DNA from: Bugula neritina
Taxonomy: Eukaryota; Animalia; Bryozoa
Reading direction: 5' to 3'
NCBI GenBank assembly: GCA_964035545.1
Contig: CAXIUT010000164.1
Span: forward strand, 1-46,415
Length of the DNA stretch: 46,415 nt
Shown: in pieces, positions 13,619 through 26,802 of the stretch
Position numbering within the stretch: position 1 is the stretch's first letter
How the letters are laid out: the number at the start of each line of letters is the position of its first letter
Notes under the pieces: model-generated
The model's input: only the letters and a program-made list of their open reading frames with translations
What the model was told of the DNA's origin: nothing
Databases searched by the model: none
Position numbers and translations under genes: made by a program

Positions 13619-15208
13619 TCAATATTTGAAGTGGACCATCATCTGTGAATAGTCACCCAAAGTGGCTCTCTTGAATGTTCTGTTATAGTGAGCATTCGAC
13701 ATTCCACTATGCAAGTTTCCGTAAGCAGTGACTGCTGTCTCTTTATCCCAGAACCACTTAGTAGCAACTTTGCAGAGGTAGTCAGGTGACATATGACTGA
13801 TTCTGGTTGCTATTTAAGTCCGAGAAATGAGTCTATCTAGATAGGCAGCTTGACGGGCGTTATCTGATGAGACAACTTAAGGATCATTATGCTATAGCAA
13901 ATCATTGAAATATTTATTTCTGGCTCTAAAGACTTCAGCCTGATTGACCTAAATTAAAGATAAGATACATATTGGGCAAAGATAGACATTTGATTTTGAC
14001 AGAGAGTGGACATTTATGGTGTGTACATTTCATTTCCATAGATAAAGTTTCCAAAGAGTCCAGTATCAGAGTAGGGAAGATAGTAAGGTTGATGGAGAAT
14101 CATATCTGGGTAATTTCCCAAGATTGTGTGGAAGGAATTGTACTGAAGATGAGCAGAGTTGAGATGCTCGCCTGTGAATTTGTCGCATCTATATTATCCG
14201 ATCAATCTTTTGAAATATTCCATGGCGAAAAAGTCAGGATCGTTCCAGCTGGGAGCTTCGAAAGCTACATTGAAGCAGGTATTTAACATTTAGTCATCTC
14301 TCTGATAGAAAAGAGATGGTGTTAAGAAGGGTTTATCACTATTAGGAACTTCAGAAACTCTCAAAGCAGGAACTGATGAGAACAAAGCATCAACTTAGGA
14401 TGCCAATACTGAGCCATCGATATTACCTGCACCACTGATAACAATATTCTTTCCTACATAGAAATTATTATGATATTCTTTGACTTGTTCTGGGGTAATG
14501 GAGAAAACAACGTCTTTATTTCCAATAGAAGGCTGTCCCATATAATGATCCTAAATGATCGATAAAATACTCTATAAGCAGTATAGTGAACTGATTCGTC
14601 AGAGATGATGGCTGGATCCATGGGTGAAGCTCTTTTGTGGACTGCAATTTTAAGGGCTTCGTGTTAAACTGCTTCATATGTGGGATGTAAGACAAGTTCT
14701 GAGAGGAGTTCTACAGCTTGTTTAAGGTTTTATTTTTCGAAGCTGAGGGTGAAAGAGGTGATTTATCGTTCAACTTTGACGTTGAGTTGTCCTCCAAAAG
14801 AATCTACAAGTTCATCAATTTTATTTTTTGAGTACTTAGATGTTCCATTAAGTGCTCCATAGGCAGCAAAGTTAGAAACTGAACTATTGGATACATTTTC
14901 TTGTCTGCTACCAGCTTTAACAATCACTGTGATTCTACATTTTAATATCAATACGCTGGTTGTCCGTTTTGGTAATATTAATTGACAACTCTGATTTCGT
15001 TACTGAGTTTATTGAACTGGCTAGGTCTGACTGCTGAAAGGGCTTCTGGAATTTATCCTTGAGGTAGTTCTCCAAAATCAACGAGTTTTTGTTTGCTGAA
15101 TTGTAGTCTATCTCTGCGTGCAGGGGCAGTTTGGCTGGCTTTGGAGACTTGACTAAAGGAGAAGCGATTTCTTGATAGTAGTGCTAAACACTTGCTGAGT
15201 TTATTCAT
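13619..15208 (-). CDS. M16-family mitochondrial processing peptidase beta-like / complex III core protein (no HXXEH)
   Basis: Basic presequence; DFGELPQGEIPEAL, ITVIVKAGSRQE, GGQLNVKVEREITSF, WFWDKETAVTAYG; 20-nt introns 14935-14954, 14551-14570, 13949-13968. Confidence 0.9.
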
Positions 15209-15251
15209 CAATAAATCAATATTAGATGGTGATTAGTTGAGATATAAATAT

Positions 15252-16418
15252 TCAAATAATATTAAGCAGTCCTTAATAGGCTTTGTTCAGGTTGCTAAAT
15301 CTATCTCTGCTCACTTTGCTAATTTATTTCATGGGACCATACTTCTCTTAGAGTTAGACTAAGTTGTTGGAGAAGTTAGCCTGCTCGTAAGAACAAGTTG
15401 TTAGTCTAAGATCACTGATCTCATCATTCATATCTTTATGATAGCGGATACGAGATGAAATATAGCTTTATACTTTGGTTATTTATTGGATCTTTTTGCG
15501 GAGGAGGACTGTTTGGAGGTGTTATAGAAGTTCATTGATATCATTGGCTACCATGCTGAACTCGACATTGCTACCTTTTCCTAGAAACTATGATAGTTTT
15601 TTTTTTGTTTATTGGGAAGTGGGAGTGACGAACCATTTGGGTATTGCTGAGAAGACATCTTTTTTATTAGTAGATTAATATAGGAAGACATTAGTGAGCC
15701 AGCTTTTAACTTTACTGCAGAAGTAGATGATATATTTGTTATCTTTGATGTGATATCCAAGAAGAAGAAGTTCTTGAAGTACTAGATATATTTTATCAAT
15801 CGATTTGAAAATATCTAAAAGATATTCTTATTAATTTTTGAAGACTTGTTTTAATTTACTTGAGCCAATCATTTTTGAATCTCTGCTTATATTTTTATGT
15901 ATTTTTTTGATGGTTGATCTATGTTTGTTGATTTTATCTTATTCGATTTATGTGAAGGAAAGATGGTTCATAATAAATTTTTTATTATCTTATTTGGACA
16001 TATTTGATATTTCTCTATTTTATTTTATCTTCTTTTATACTTTATTACAAGTTGTTGTTATTGTGCGTATGTAGTCTTTTAATTATTTTATTTTATTGGG
16101 GTATGATTGGGTTGATTATGATTGACAATTTTTTAACTTTTTTATTGTCTTTTTTGTTAAAATACGATTGGAACGATCGATTTGATCAATATTGGTTGAA
16201 TTTATTCGATTAATAGATGATCTAGGATTCGAATGTGAGTTTATATGATTAATGGAAGATTGTATAAGATTTTATTTGTTTATTTTAGGGTCCTTTTCAT
16301 AGCTTAAAGAGATGCAGTTATGAGCATTTCGACTGGATATTCTTTTGTATGATTTTTATGGTTTGTTTATGAAGTATTTACCTGTGTGAGATTTCCTTTC
16401 GACTGCCTGGAACTTCAT
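15252..16418 (-). CDS. Hypothetical protein
   Basis: Start ATG and terminal TGA are in phase (389 codons); the middle was not fully traced. Confidence 0.55.
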
Positions 16419-16591
16419 TATATCAATGGAATATTATCGAATAAATATTTTATAGACAAATTATTTATATTTTAGCTAGTTATCTTCTCACTTTAACATT
16501 TTAGTTTATTTTTTTAACTAAATAAAAATTTTAATAGGAATTACTTGATATATGTTGGCGGATAAATCTATAATTAAAGTTGATAGTTCAA

Positions 16592-17521
16592 ATGGGTCGT
16601 CCCAAAGTAAATCAAAAAGAATAATCAAGCTAATAACCTGAGTAATAAATACAGAGTGAAGAGTAAGAGTAGCTATAATATGAATCTAAATAGTCTGACA
16701 AAGCGATTCAGAAAAGATTGCTTGAAGAAATTAGGGAAAGAGCAGAAGAAGCTAAAGATGGGGAGAAAGTTACTTGGAATGCCCTTTATGAACTAAAGCA
16801 GAAATAGATGTAACTTAATTAGAAATTGGAAGAATAGGTTGAGAAGGTTAAGGAAAAGTATGAGTTGTTGAAACAACCTATTTATCATAAAATATCTCAA
16901 GCAGCTCTAGGTTAAAAACTTGATATGAAGTTGTATAGTCCTGAAGATATTAAACGAGATTTTGATCCAACTAAAATCACACCTCAAAAAATATAAAATT
17001 TCTGGGGAATTGTCTTGGATAAGTAAGGTTTGATTACTGACTAAGTTGATGTAGATCCAATCACGAAAGCTACTTTATTTAAATGTGAGTTGTTATCTCA
17101 TAAGACCAATCATATCAAGGTCAGTTTTAAATTTGGAGAAGAATCTGAATACTTTACCAACAGATAATTGGTTGTGGAAAGTTCTTATGATAGTTAAAAT
17201 AATTTACCTATCAGAAAAATAAAGAAAGAAATTAGCTATAAAAAAGATAGAGTTGAACATTCGCTTTTTACTTTGCTTTTTGATAGTAAAACTGATATAC
17301 AACAGTTCTATAATGTAGCTTGTGAACTTTATCAGGATTACAGTAATGGGTTATTCTACTATTTTAGGGGGTAATAAGATGAAGACGAAGTTATTGAAGA
17401 AGATGAGGAGGGATAAAATGAAGAGGACTAAGAAGATTAAGAGGAAGAACAAGGAAAACCTGCAAAGAAAATAAAACCGAATGAGAAACCTATGGAAAAG
17501 CCAGAGTGTAAAAATCAATGA
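16592..17521 (+). CDS. Nucleosome assembly protein (NAP) family, divergent paralogue
   Basis: EKYELLKQPIY, IENFWGIVL, EYFTNREL, acidic tail, ends KPECKNQ-TGA; intronless. Confidence 0.88.
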
Positions 17522-17561
17522 TTACATTCAATTTATAAAATATTTTTTGTTTATAATAACT

Positions 17562-18704
17562 ATGAAGATATTCCTAATTAACATTCTACTTATCTTTACA
17601 GTAGTGGCTTAAAAATTTGTAAAAATAACACCTAAAATTGATCTTTAAGCAGTTTGTTTGGACGGACAGCCTTCATATCTATATATGCAACAAGAAGGTA
17701 AATAATATAATGGACTATTAATTCATTTTATGTCGACTTCTTCTGAATTATATTGCGGAAGTTCTTCTCTTTTGAGCAGTTTAGATCAATGCGTAAGTCT
17801 TCAAAATTAAATAAGTACTGATTGGACTTCGATTTTATAAATAAATAATGGCATTATTACAGATGATTTGTATAAAAATTGGACTAAAGTAGTGATTCCC
17901 AACTGTGATGGTTCTCTTTTTCAAGGTTACAATAAATAAGCCACTAAATATAAAGATAAAACTCTTTATTTCAAAGGAAATCTTATCCTTAAATCATTAT
18001 TTCAATATATTGCAAAAACAATCAATTTGGCTAAAATGGAAAAGATTGTGTTGAGTGGAGAGGGATTAGGAGCTATTGGAGCTATGTCATGGTCTAGATA
18101 TTTTAGAGATTAAGTTGTTTTACATTATGGAATACCTTAGTATAAACTACTGGTGGCTTCATATCCTGAAAACTATTAGTCTTTTAAAACATCAAATAAT
18201 TAGTTTTAAGTATCTCTTCAAAACCTCCTTAAAGTTTCAAATAGCGATGGTATTCATCCTTTTTCACTTTGTTCAATAAGAAATGAAGGAAAATAATACA
18301 AATGTTTTTATTTTCAGGAGTTGTATGAATACATTAATTTTCCAGTGATGAAACTACAATCTCAATATGATCTTTTTACAATTAAAAATATCTTACAAAT
18401 TAGCTGTGTTAGTGCAAAAGGATCTCTAAATGGCTGTTCTACTTCATAAAAGACCTTTATTGATAAGTGGAGAAGTGATAAAATGATAGATTTGTTTTGG
18501 TTTGGTAATTTCAATGATAACAGCTACTGGTCTATTGCTTGCGTAGGTGATCATTTTCTGTCTTAAAACTACGATTCTTAAAAATATAAAGTAGATGGAT
18601 GGGTTACATCGAAGATGGCTTCTTAGAATTATATATTTATCAAAAAAACTGTCATATTTGATCCTTATGTCTGGCCTTCGAATTCTCTCTGTTCAAGTGA
18701 ATGA
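17562..18704 (+). CDS. Secreted pectin acetylesterase/Notum-like protein, catalytic Ser absent
   Basis: Signal peptide; AVCLDGQP, WTKVVIPNCDGSLFQG, LYFKG, LSGEGLG, SQYD, WPSNSLCS. Confidence 0.88.
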
Positions 18705-18739
18705 TAAAATGATTAATAAATAATAATTTTGAGTGTATA

Positions 18740-19465
18740 TCAAGCGTTTTGGTTTACCAAAGCACTTAGTTACGCTATGTAGAGCAGTTCTTTGTTTTTA
18801 GTTCTGATGTATTCTTCAATATTTTGCATCTTTCCAACTGTTATCATGTCTCTTAGGCATTCTTTTCTCAATATTTTTGTAAACATGTTAATAAATAACT
18901 TTTGCATGTTTCTTTATTTTTAGTTATCACTGATTACTAGTAATTCTTTCAGACGTTAAGGTCCGTTGAATTTTTAGTATGAAATTTTGTAAATTTGTTT
19001 GAAATCTCTAAATTTAAAACCAAGTTGTTTACCCTTTTTGTTTATAAATTTTGTTTTATTAAGTATCAATTTGATAACTCTTTTTCCCACATTGCCAATA
19101 ATATTCTTTCTAAAATCTTTATATCTCTCTTTTTTAACCTTCTTCTATCGAGGCTTTCTTATTCTTTAACGTTTATTTTATTTTTATTAATTAGTTTTAG
19201 GTGGACTATCTTGAGTCTAGTCAATCAAAATATCTTTGCTTTTTTTAATATCTTATTTTCCTTTATTTATTTCCATTTTAAAGTTTTCCTGATATTGTTT
19301 TGAAGTTTATTCTTTGTTCTAATCCCGCATAGGAAAATGCCAAATATCTTCTGATTCAAAAAGATGGCCATGATTAAGTTATTGGTGCTGGAAGTTTGAA
19401 AAAGGGTTAATTTGTGGAGATTAGTAAGACTACGATATGGAGTTGAAAGGATCACTGTCTTGCAT
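18740..19465 (-). CDS. Ciliate-type hypothetical protein
   Basis: 242-codon frame: MQDSDPFNS...RKNIIGNVGK...GKMQNIEEYIRTKNKELL. Confidence 0.65.
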
Positions 19466-19559
19466 TGAAATCTTTTATGTAATAAGTACAAATCCAATGG
19501 TCGAAATTAAATTACAAGACAATCATTTTAATATTGGCCATTTCAAATAAAAAAAGAAT

Positions 19560-21040
19560 AGTATTGTAATAGAAGAGCTACTATCTTATTAAATCAACAA
19601 AATGAACATTTATCTAGTAAATTATTTATTCATTTTTTTATTTTTCAATTCTGATATCCATAATAAGTATAGTTTATTCGTAGTATATAAAAAACATAAA
19701 CTAATCAAAACTATTAATTACCAAATTACATTCTACTAATCTAATTTTAGTAATAACCTAAATGATCCATATAATGATAAAAAGTAAAATATTTCTATAC
19801 TCTACTCAATCTAATTGGATATTTTGGTTTGCATGTTTTGCATCCTTTGAATGATCTTTATACTTTATTGATAAATTTCTAAAGTTTAAGAATATTATTG
19901 TATATTACTACATACTTTTTTGGTCCATAAAATTAGTCTTTGATCAGATTGACCAGTCCACCCATTCGATATGCCATTTTGATTAATTCCATCTAATCTA
20001 TATTCTTTTAAAAATTTAGTTCGATTTCATATTCCAATATCATCTAGTTCATGGTTTGTTATTGAGTTTTGCTGGCTATTATCATTGGATATTTGTCTAT
20101 ATAAAGATCTAGTTCTATTAATTCATTATAACTGATTCCTTACTTAAGCTAGACAAACAGATACTCCATATCTTATCGCATTTTCCATTAATAGTATAGT
20201 ACTTTGATTTTATTGATGGATAGAATGTGAATGATTTATTTTTATTTGAAATCTAGAGGGATGCAAAAAATATAGATATGATAGTATGATATAGATTCTT
20301 ATTCTTATTATTTTTTTTGTTAAAATCTGCTATCTTTTATTTCCTATAATTTTTACCTTGAAGAAATCTAAAGTGATAAATTTGATTATCGACCCTTATC
20401 GATATTTTTTTACTAAAGATTCAAAGAGTATTCTTTGATTCGATTGTAGTATCTATTTTATTGAGTAGGTACATTTTGAGGGGTTAGCTGAAGACAGGTT
20501 AGTATTCTATCATTTCATTGATTTCGCTGGGAAGGTAAATTTTAGTTTTACTTTACATCAATTTTATTGCTATTTATTCGCTTATCAAGCCTACTGAAAG
20601 AGTTAGATATTTTTTTTATTTGGCCATTTACCTTGGACTATGTTTTACAGGGATGATTGATGATATTTTGTTTGTTATTCTTTCGATAAAAGACTAGATG
20701 TTTTTATTCTGGATTGAAGTAGATGTTGTGGAGGTAGAAATGTACTCTGAGGTGAGGTTGGTTTTTTGTTGTAGGCTACTATGTAAATCATGAAGTACCA
20801 TCTTAATATCTAGATTTAATTTATATTATAGTCGATTTAAATATTTGCAGTTTTAAGGAGGCATGATTTGAAATATTCTTCTTTCATGGATAATAGACTT
20901 CGTCAAAGTAAAACAGTTGTTTTTAGCCTAATAATGTTGTAAGAATTTATATTTTTTTGAGGTTATTTATTCAGAAAATGTCAATTAGAAGGTACTTATT
21001 AGATATTTTTTTACTCCCTTTTTACCATAATCTTCAAAAA
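19560..21040 (-). CDS. Hypothetical protein, boundaries approximate
   Basis: Long minus-strand frames joined by a 20-nt intron (20453-20472); start and end unresolved. Confidence 0.35.
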
Positions 21041-21475
21041 TGAATAAAGTGCGGGTTATTGTTTTTTAAATGCTAATAGTATTAATTTAAGATAAATAAA
21101 GTTAAAAATAGCTTTACTTTGATTCTCAGTCTTAAGGGATTAGTCGTTTATTTCAAATATTATTTTTTTTTGCACTTTCTATATTTATTTTTTTGAAAGA
21201 GAACATTCCTGCAGATATAAAGCATACCATCAATCAGGTGAGTCCTTCAATGAGTTTTTTAATGCTATGAAAATTCATAGTTATATTATTGGTAAAGTTT
21301 CATAATAAAGAGCCAATGACTCTAAAACAAGTATTTTATGATTTAGAATTGATTTTTAAAGCAAAAATGTATTCTTAAATGAGTTAAGACATATAAAAAT
21401 CAATGATGATTTCAAGAAGAGTCCATATTAAGTTATTCTGTCTTTTTTCAGATTATAATTTTTATTATACCAACA

Positions 21476-22790
21476 ATGAATCTCTCCTTACCAGAATCAT
21501 AATGCAAAATAGAATAAGCTTAAGAACTACATCAAGTCTTGATAAATGCACATAGAAGTCCATCTGAACATAGTTTCGTCAAGTTCTTTCCATTAATAGT
21601 TTTAATAGAAAAATATATAATACAACTCTTTCTCGAAGCTTTACAAAAGAACAAACAGCTCATTTGGGTCGTCCTTCGAATGTTAGACTCAGCTTGTAGC
21701 CATCTAGTTAGAAAATGCAAAAAGATAAATGAAAGAAAAAGGAAAATATAAGAGGTCAACTAACAACTCTCATAAAAAGTATATTAGCGTAGCAAGAAGA
21801 CTATTGCTTAGATATCTTTCTGATACAGATGTAAGTCACTTCTAGACGACCTTTATGACTTTTAAAAATTCAAGAACTTACTACTTCATCATCTTGGCTC
21901 ATTTTGAAATTTTTTTGTTAGTATAATCAGGTCATTGAGTTTCGAGAACAGTTTTTCACTATTAATGAGAAATAAAAATATAACTTTATAGAAAGGAAAT
22001 CAGGTTATCAGATAATTAAAATTTTATCAACTTCAGACAAGAAGAAAATAATCAGATATCTAGTTTGCTTTAAAGTCATTTGGATTGTATTTCGATGGAT
22101 AAATTGAACGAGCTGTGGAGATCATATATAAAAAAGACAAAACAGCTATCTTAAAAAAACAGCAATTCAATCATACAGTAGCCATCATCAAAGAGCTAGA
22201 AATAAAATTTGAGAAAGAGTAATAATAAAGAGCCGATTGTCATGAAATTCTATTCCTCTTTATTATCAATAAAATAATAATAGGCAAAGAGTAATTCCAA
22301 AGTTGGAGATGTCTCAAATAGATTACTAATTAGATAAATCAAAAATATATCCTTTACTTGGAATGTAAAAATCTTATCCCATATTCAATAGCTTCTACTA
22401 AAACCGTCCTTTCCACAGGATAACTATCTTTCGCGACCCATGCCTTTCAACATGATTATACAGCTTCATGCAGTTCAGTCATCTTGAGCAAGAGTAACAA
22501 AGAAAAGCTTACTATCAACTCATAGATTCCTTATTAGCAGTAGAAAAATACAAAATGATGGTTCTTTTGTATCAAGAAATGAGGAGGCGATCAGAATTAC
22601 TGAAAAGTTATCGAAGTTCTATAAAATTAAAGTTGTTTGAAGTAGGAATAAAAATGATTAAATAAGATAATTTGTTTTATTAGATCATTCGATAGTTGGA
22701 TCGATTACGATTGGTTATATTATTTGAACTGAAGGATCTATGTCTACTTTTTGTTCATTTTAAATTTCTTTGATTGATTCATTTTTTGTC
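21476..22790 (+). CDS. Hypothetical helical protein or pseudogene; structure unresolved
   Basis: Frame from ATG 21476 runs to 22558 but contains TGA at 21821 and 21905; a protein-like C-terminal segment lies in another frame. Confidence 0.35.
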
Positions 22791-23199
22791 TTCTTTCAAC
22801 TACTATTAATTTTATTGTTGCTTTATTTATTCTGGATAAGGTTTATTTTTTTGTTATTCAAGGAAAAGCTGTTTTTATTAGTATAACTAATGCTGTTGAG
22901 GTTATTGAGGTTCTGATTTTTTATACTTCAATCATAGGTTCATTTATTTTTATATATTTATGATTAAATTTGAGCCTAATTATGTTAAATTTAAGCCTAC
23001 TAATTATGCTAAACTTAGTTATTATTTTATTTTTCTGAGTTATTATGATTGTTCTTGGACTGATTATGACAATTCTGGTTTGTTTTTACTATTGTTTGTG
23101 AAGACTAGATGGAGTATGGAACAAATTAAGCATATTTTCAATATTACTATTATCTTCTTTTGGTCTATTCATTTGTAAAGTAGGAATCTATTTCCTAAT

Positions 23200-23825
23200 T
23201 TTGAATCAATAAAGTTCCCATTTCCTTTTGATTCACATCTTGAGGTTTATAATCTTACTTTTATCCAACTCTTTCATAGCCTTAATCTTCTTCATTCTAT
23301 TTTTTAACAACTGCTTATCTTTCTCTTTCTTTCTGTTACTCATAGAGTTGATTGATTTCTTTTGAATTTTCTTTAATAAACAGAAACGTTGTTATTCGTT
23401 CATCATTGTTTTTCCATTTTACTGATGCGATTTGTGCTATTTTTTAGAAAGGTCCAATCAGGGTGATCTTTGGATAGAGCTTTCTCTTTTATCAGCTAAA
23501 AATAAAGCAAAGGCATTTTTTGGTATTTTTCTTTATTCGAAAGGAACACTTAAGTTGTTATCATCTGTGATTGTTCCATTTATTTTTTATCTTAATTTTT
23601 GTTCTAACTCCATTCTTTTCTTCTTCTCTTCGATCAATTCATCTTTGAGTTTTTGATTTACTGATTTTTATGTTTTTGAATTTTATAAACAATATCTGCA
23701 TGTTTGTGCAAATTGTCTGTAAGAATCAGAGATCGCATTAGCAAAAGTTTCAATCTAAATTATAATAAAAGTACATAATTAAGAAACTCCTAGACTTAGT
23801 TTTAAGATTGTTTCGACATGATCAT
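23200..23825 (-). pseudogene. HMG-box protein with broken reading frame (pseudogene or consensus errors)
   Basis: 20-nt intron 23755-23774; coiled coil; then RKIPKNAFALFLADKRE / ALSKDHPDWTFLK / IAQIASVKWK in successive frames; 3' end approximate. Confidence 0.6.
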
Positions 23826-24031
23826 ATTTATTGTAAAAATTATGAAATAAAAGGTAACAAAGAAATAGACATTTTTATAAATTGGAATAAAAACTTGTTT
23901 ATTATAATTAAAGTTGATTATATTGATCATATCAATATCAACCTTCTAGTTTGTTTTCTCACTTGATCATTTTAATTAAAAATTAAGATGATTTTTGTTT
24001 ATTTAATAAAGCAATAATATTTTATTTAAAT

Positions 24032-24386
24032 ATGGACAACCGTTTCCAAGGAAGTGATAGTATTGAAAATGGAGGTATGTTCTCTCGTTAAAAAATCAAT
24101 CAAATATCCCAGTATTTCTTCACTAATCAAGACAACTAGTCTCCCTCTATGGCAACAATGGATAACTGCGTCCTCAAGACCTTGCTCGATGCATGATCGA
24201 TACTTACCGCGCAATGAACAAGCACTTCATTCCCACAGGTTACGAACTATCAGCATTTGCAAAGTATGAATAGATGTATAAAGGGTATTTGATCGCAGTC
24301 ACAAGGGAGTAATCAATTCTGATGATGTGAGAGAGACCACTACAAGATTCTTTGCAAGTAATAGTCAATCAACATCTATGAGATGA
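24032..24386 (+). CDS. Small ciliate EF-hand-type protein (TCBP-like)
   Basis: MIDTYRAMNKHFIPTGYELSAFAKVFDRSHKGVINSDDV; 20-nt introns 24112-24131 and 24264-24283. Confidence 0.8.
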
Positions 24387-24447
24387 ATGATTTCTATGAA
24401 ATAATTTAAAGATTTGATAGTTTTATTTGATATCATAAACTTATCGA

Positions 24448-25503
24448 TCAATATACGATCCATATCTAGGGGTTCTTATGTTCAAAGGATTTTAATTATT
24501 ACATATCTACCTTTGTTTGGTTGAGATAGATTTTCTTTAGAGATTGATATGATGCTATTTTTTGTAAATATACTAATACTTCTTCATCGACTTTTTTACA
24601 ATATGACAATCTCATTTATTCTATTTGTTCTACTGCTAAAGATACTGATAAACTTTTCATTCCTTTTGAACTAATTGATGTATTCCTCAGTTCCAATTTC
24701 TTCAAACTGGTCATATACTTTGATAACGCAATACTTGTTAAAGTTCTATCAGTTATAATATTGTTTTATTTCTTTATCGTGTTATTTAGATTTAGATGTT
24801 ACAATTTCAATATATTTTAGCTTTAACTGAGTTAATCCATTCCAGGATCACTGATTTTGCAATCCTAGAGGATGAGTTGTTTTAAATTTTTACAGTGTTT
24901 TGAATTAGCGATAGAATATAAAGTTTTATCTGTTATCATTTTCCAGCTCATACTTAAATTTAATGATTACAAAGTTAAAACGTTTTAGCTTTTCATATAT
25001 TAATGGATTCCTTCATCGTCAACTGAGGTAGCATGTAAATCTAACTTTAATAGTTTTTTTACAAAATTAGATTTTCCTAAAATAAGTAAACCAGCTCCTG
25101 TTATATCACTATTTCCATATAAAATTAACTATTATAAATTATGCATGGTAGATGCTCGAGATAGATGTACCATTGAATCATCAGTTATTTGGTTGTCTGA
25201 AAGGTTTAGATGCTTTATATTTTTTAAACAAGGTAAATTGACTATTATCTATATTGTAACATCTGTGATAAAACTGAAATTTTGAGATAAATCAAGATGA
25301 AGGACAGGAAGAATCGTAGTTATAGGTTAAAGTAGACGAAGAGTTTAATCTTTTATGTTTGAGTTTTTAAAACTGATGACTTTGGCTTTTTAAAGAGTTT
25401 TACTGTAGATGGCATCTTTTAAATCAGAGTCATCTGAAATATGGAGTTGTTATTATTATTTAAGAACTCCCTTTTTAGAGGGAATGCGATAGTATTCAAT
25501 CAT
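24448..25503 (-). CDS. Leucine-rich repeat protein (RI-like/cysteine-containing type)
   Basis: Repeats such as LHLDLSQNFSFITD, HLNLSDNQITDDS, LILYGNSDITGAG, LDLHATSVDDEG; 352 codons. Confidence 0.9.
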
Positions 25504-25658
25504 TTATATTTAAATTATAAACTACTTAGAATAAGAAAAAAAAGAAATATTTTAGAATATAATTAAAACAATATCAAATTATCTTTTAGTTGATTGCAAA
25601 AGACTATTATAATTTATAGAAATTCTCTTTTTGATAATAATATCATTTGATTGTTGAA

Positions 25659-26724
25659 ATGTTCGACTTCCTTGTACTTCAATTTTTACTAAGAAACAAG
25701 GCCAAATCTCAGTAGAAGAAGTAGAAAAGAGTATCAAAGAATTGCCCCTTCCAGAAAAAGTTAAAGCAATTGCCATTTACAAACGATACAGAGAAATCAA
25801 AAAGATTGAATAGGAGATGAACAAAGCTACCAGATAAATATAAAAGAAGTACCTTAAACTTGATGAACCACTTCTGACCAATGTACATCTTTATCGATTT
25901 AGGTTTCTGATTTAGTCTCAGGAAAAAGAGCTATTAAGTAGGAATAACTAAAAGATCTACCTAAATATCTAAATGAGGAAGAAATCAAGTCAGTTCCTTA
26001 AAATATGACTCCTAAAAAGTTGGATGGTTATTGGTATAAATGTATCAGCAATGCTTCTATCATCAAACAAGCTATGGGAAAAGATGATGGAGAACTCTTG
26101 AAACATCTTGAGAATATTCATGTTGTTGATTAAGAAGGAAGTGATAATTTCACTATTGTCTTCACCTTTGGGGAGAATTAAATCATAAAGAACAAAGAAC
26201 TGACTAAAAGATTTGTTCTTAATAAGGATAATAACCCATAAAAGTCTGAAGGATGTACTATCGAATGGGTAAGTAAAAATTTAACTGTCAAAGAGATCAA
26301 AAAGAAGCAAAAAAATAAAAAAACAGGACAACAAAGAGTAGTGACTAGACAAGTTAAAGCTAAATCTTTCTTTAACTTTTTCGGTTCAGTTGATATGACT
26401 GGAGCTAATCCTAATCCTATGGAAGCTAATGAAGAATAAATGAAGTTGAGAGAAGAACTTGAAGGAGATTTCGAAATAGCTGGAGTGATTGTTGATGAGG
26501 TTCAGCCTTACAGCTTGTAGTACTTTTTAGGAATTGAACATGAGGGAGATAATGATTTCGATGATGATGAAGAAGACGGTGATGAGGACGATGATGAAGA
26601 TGACGGAGGTAAAAAGAAGAAAAAAGAAAAGGGATCTAAATCAAAATCAAAGAGTAAATCTAAAGGAAAAGACAACAAAAAGGAAGGTAAGGTTGAGTAG
26701 AAACCTGAATGTAAGAATCAGTGA
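25659..26724 (+). CDS. NAP1: Nucleosome assembly protein 1
   Basis: DGYWYKCI, FTIVFTF, GCTIEW, KKKQKNKKTGQQRVV, KSFFNFF, PYSLEYFLG, ends KPECKNQ; 20-nt introns 25674-25693 and 25883-25902. Confidence 0.95.
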
Positions 26725-26802
26725 TTATGAACATAATTCAATAAAATTTGTATTTATTTAATATAATAATTCTCCCTTTGATAATAAAAGAATAATATTT
26801 GC

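Noticed and set aside
14860-14890. Loss of HXXEH in the MPP-beta-like protein as a novelty
   Set aside because: Non-catalytic M16 core subunits of complex III are well established
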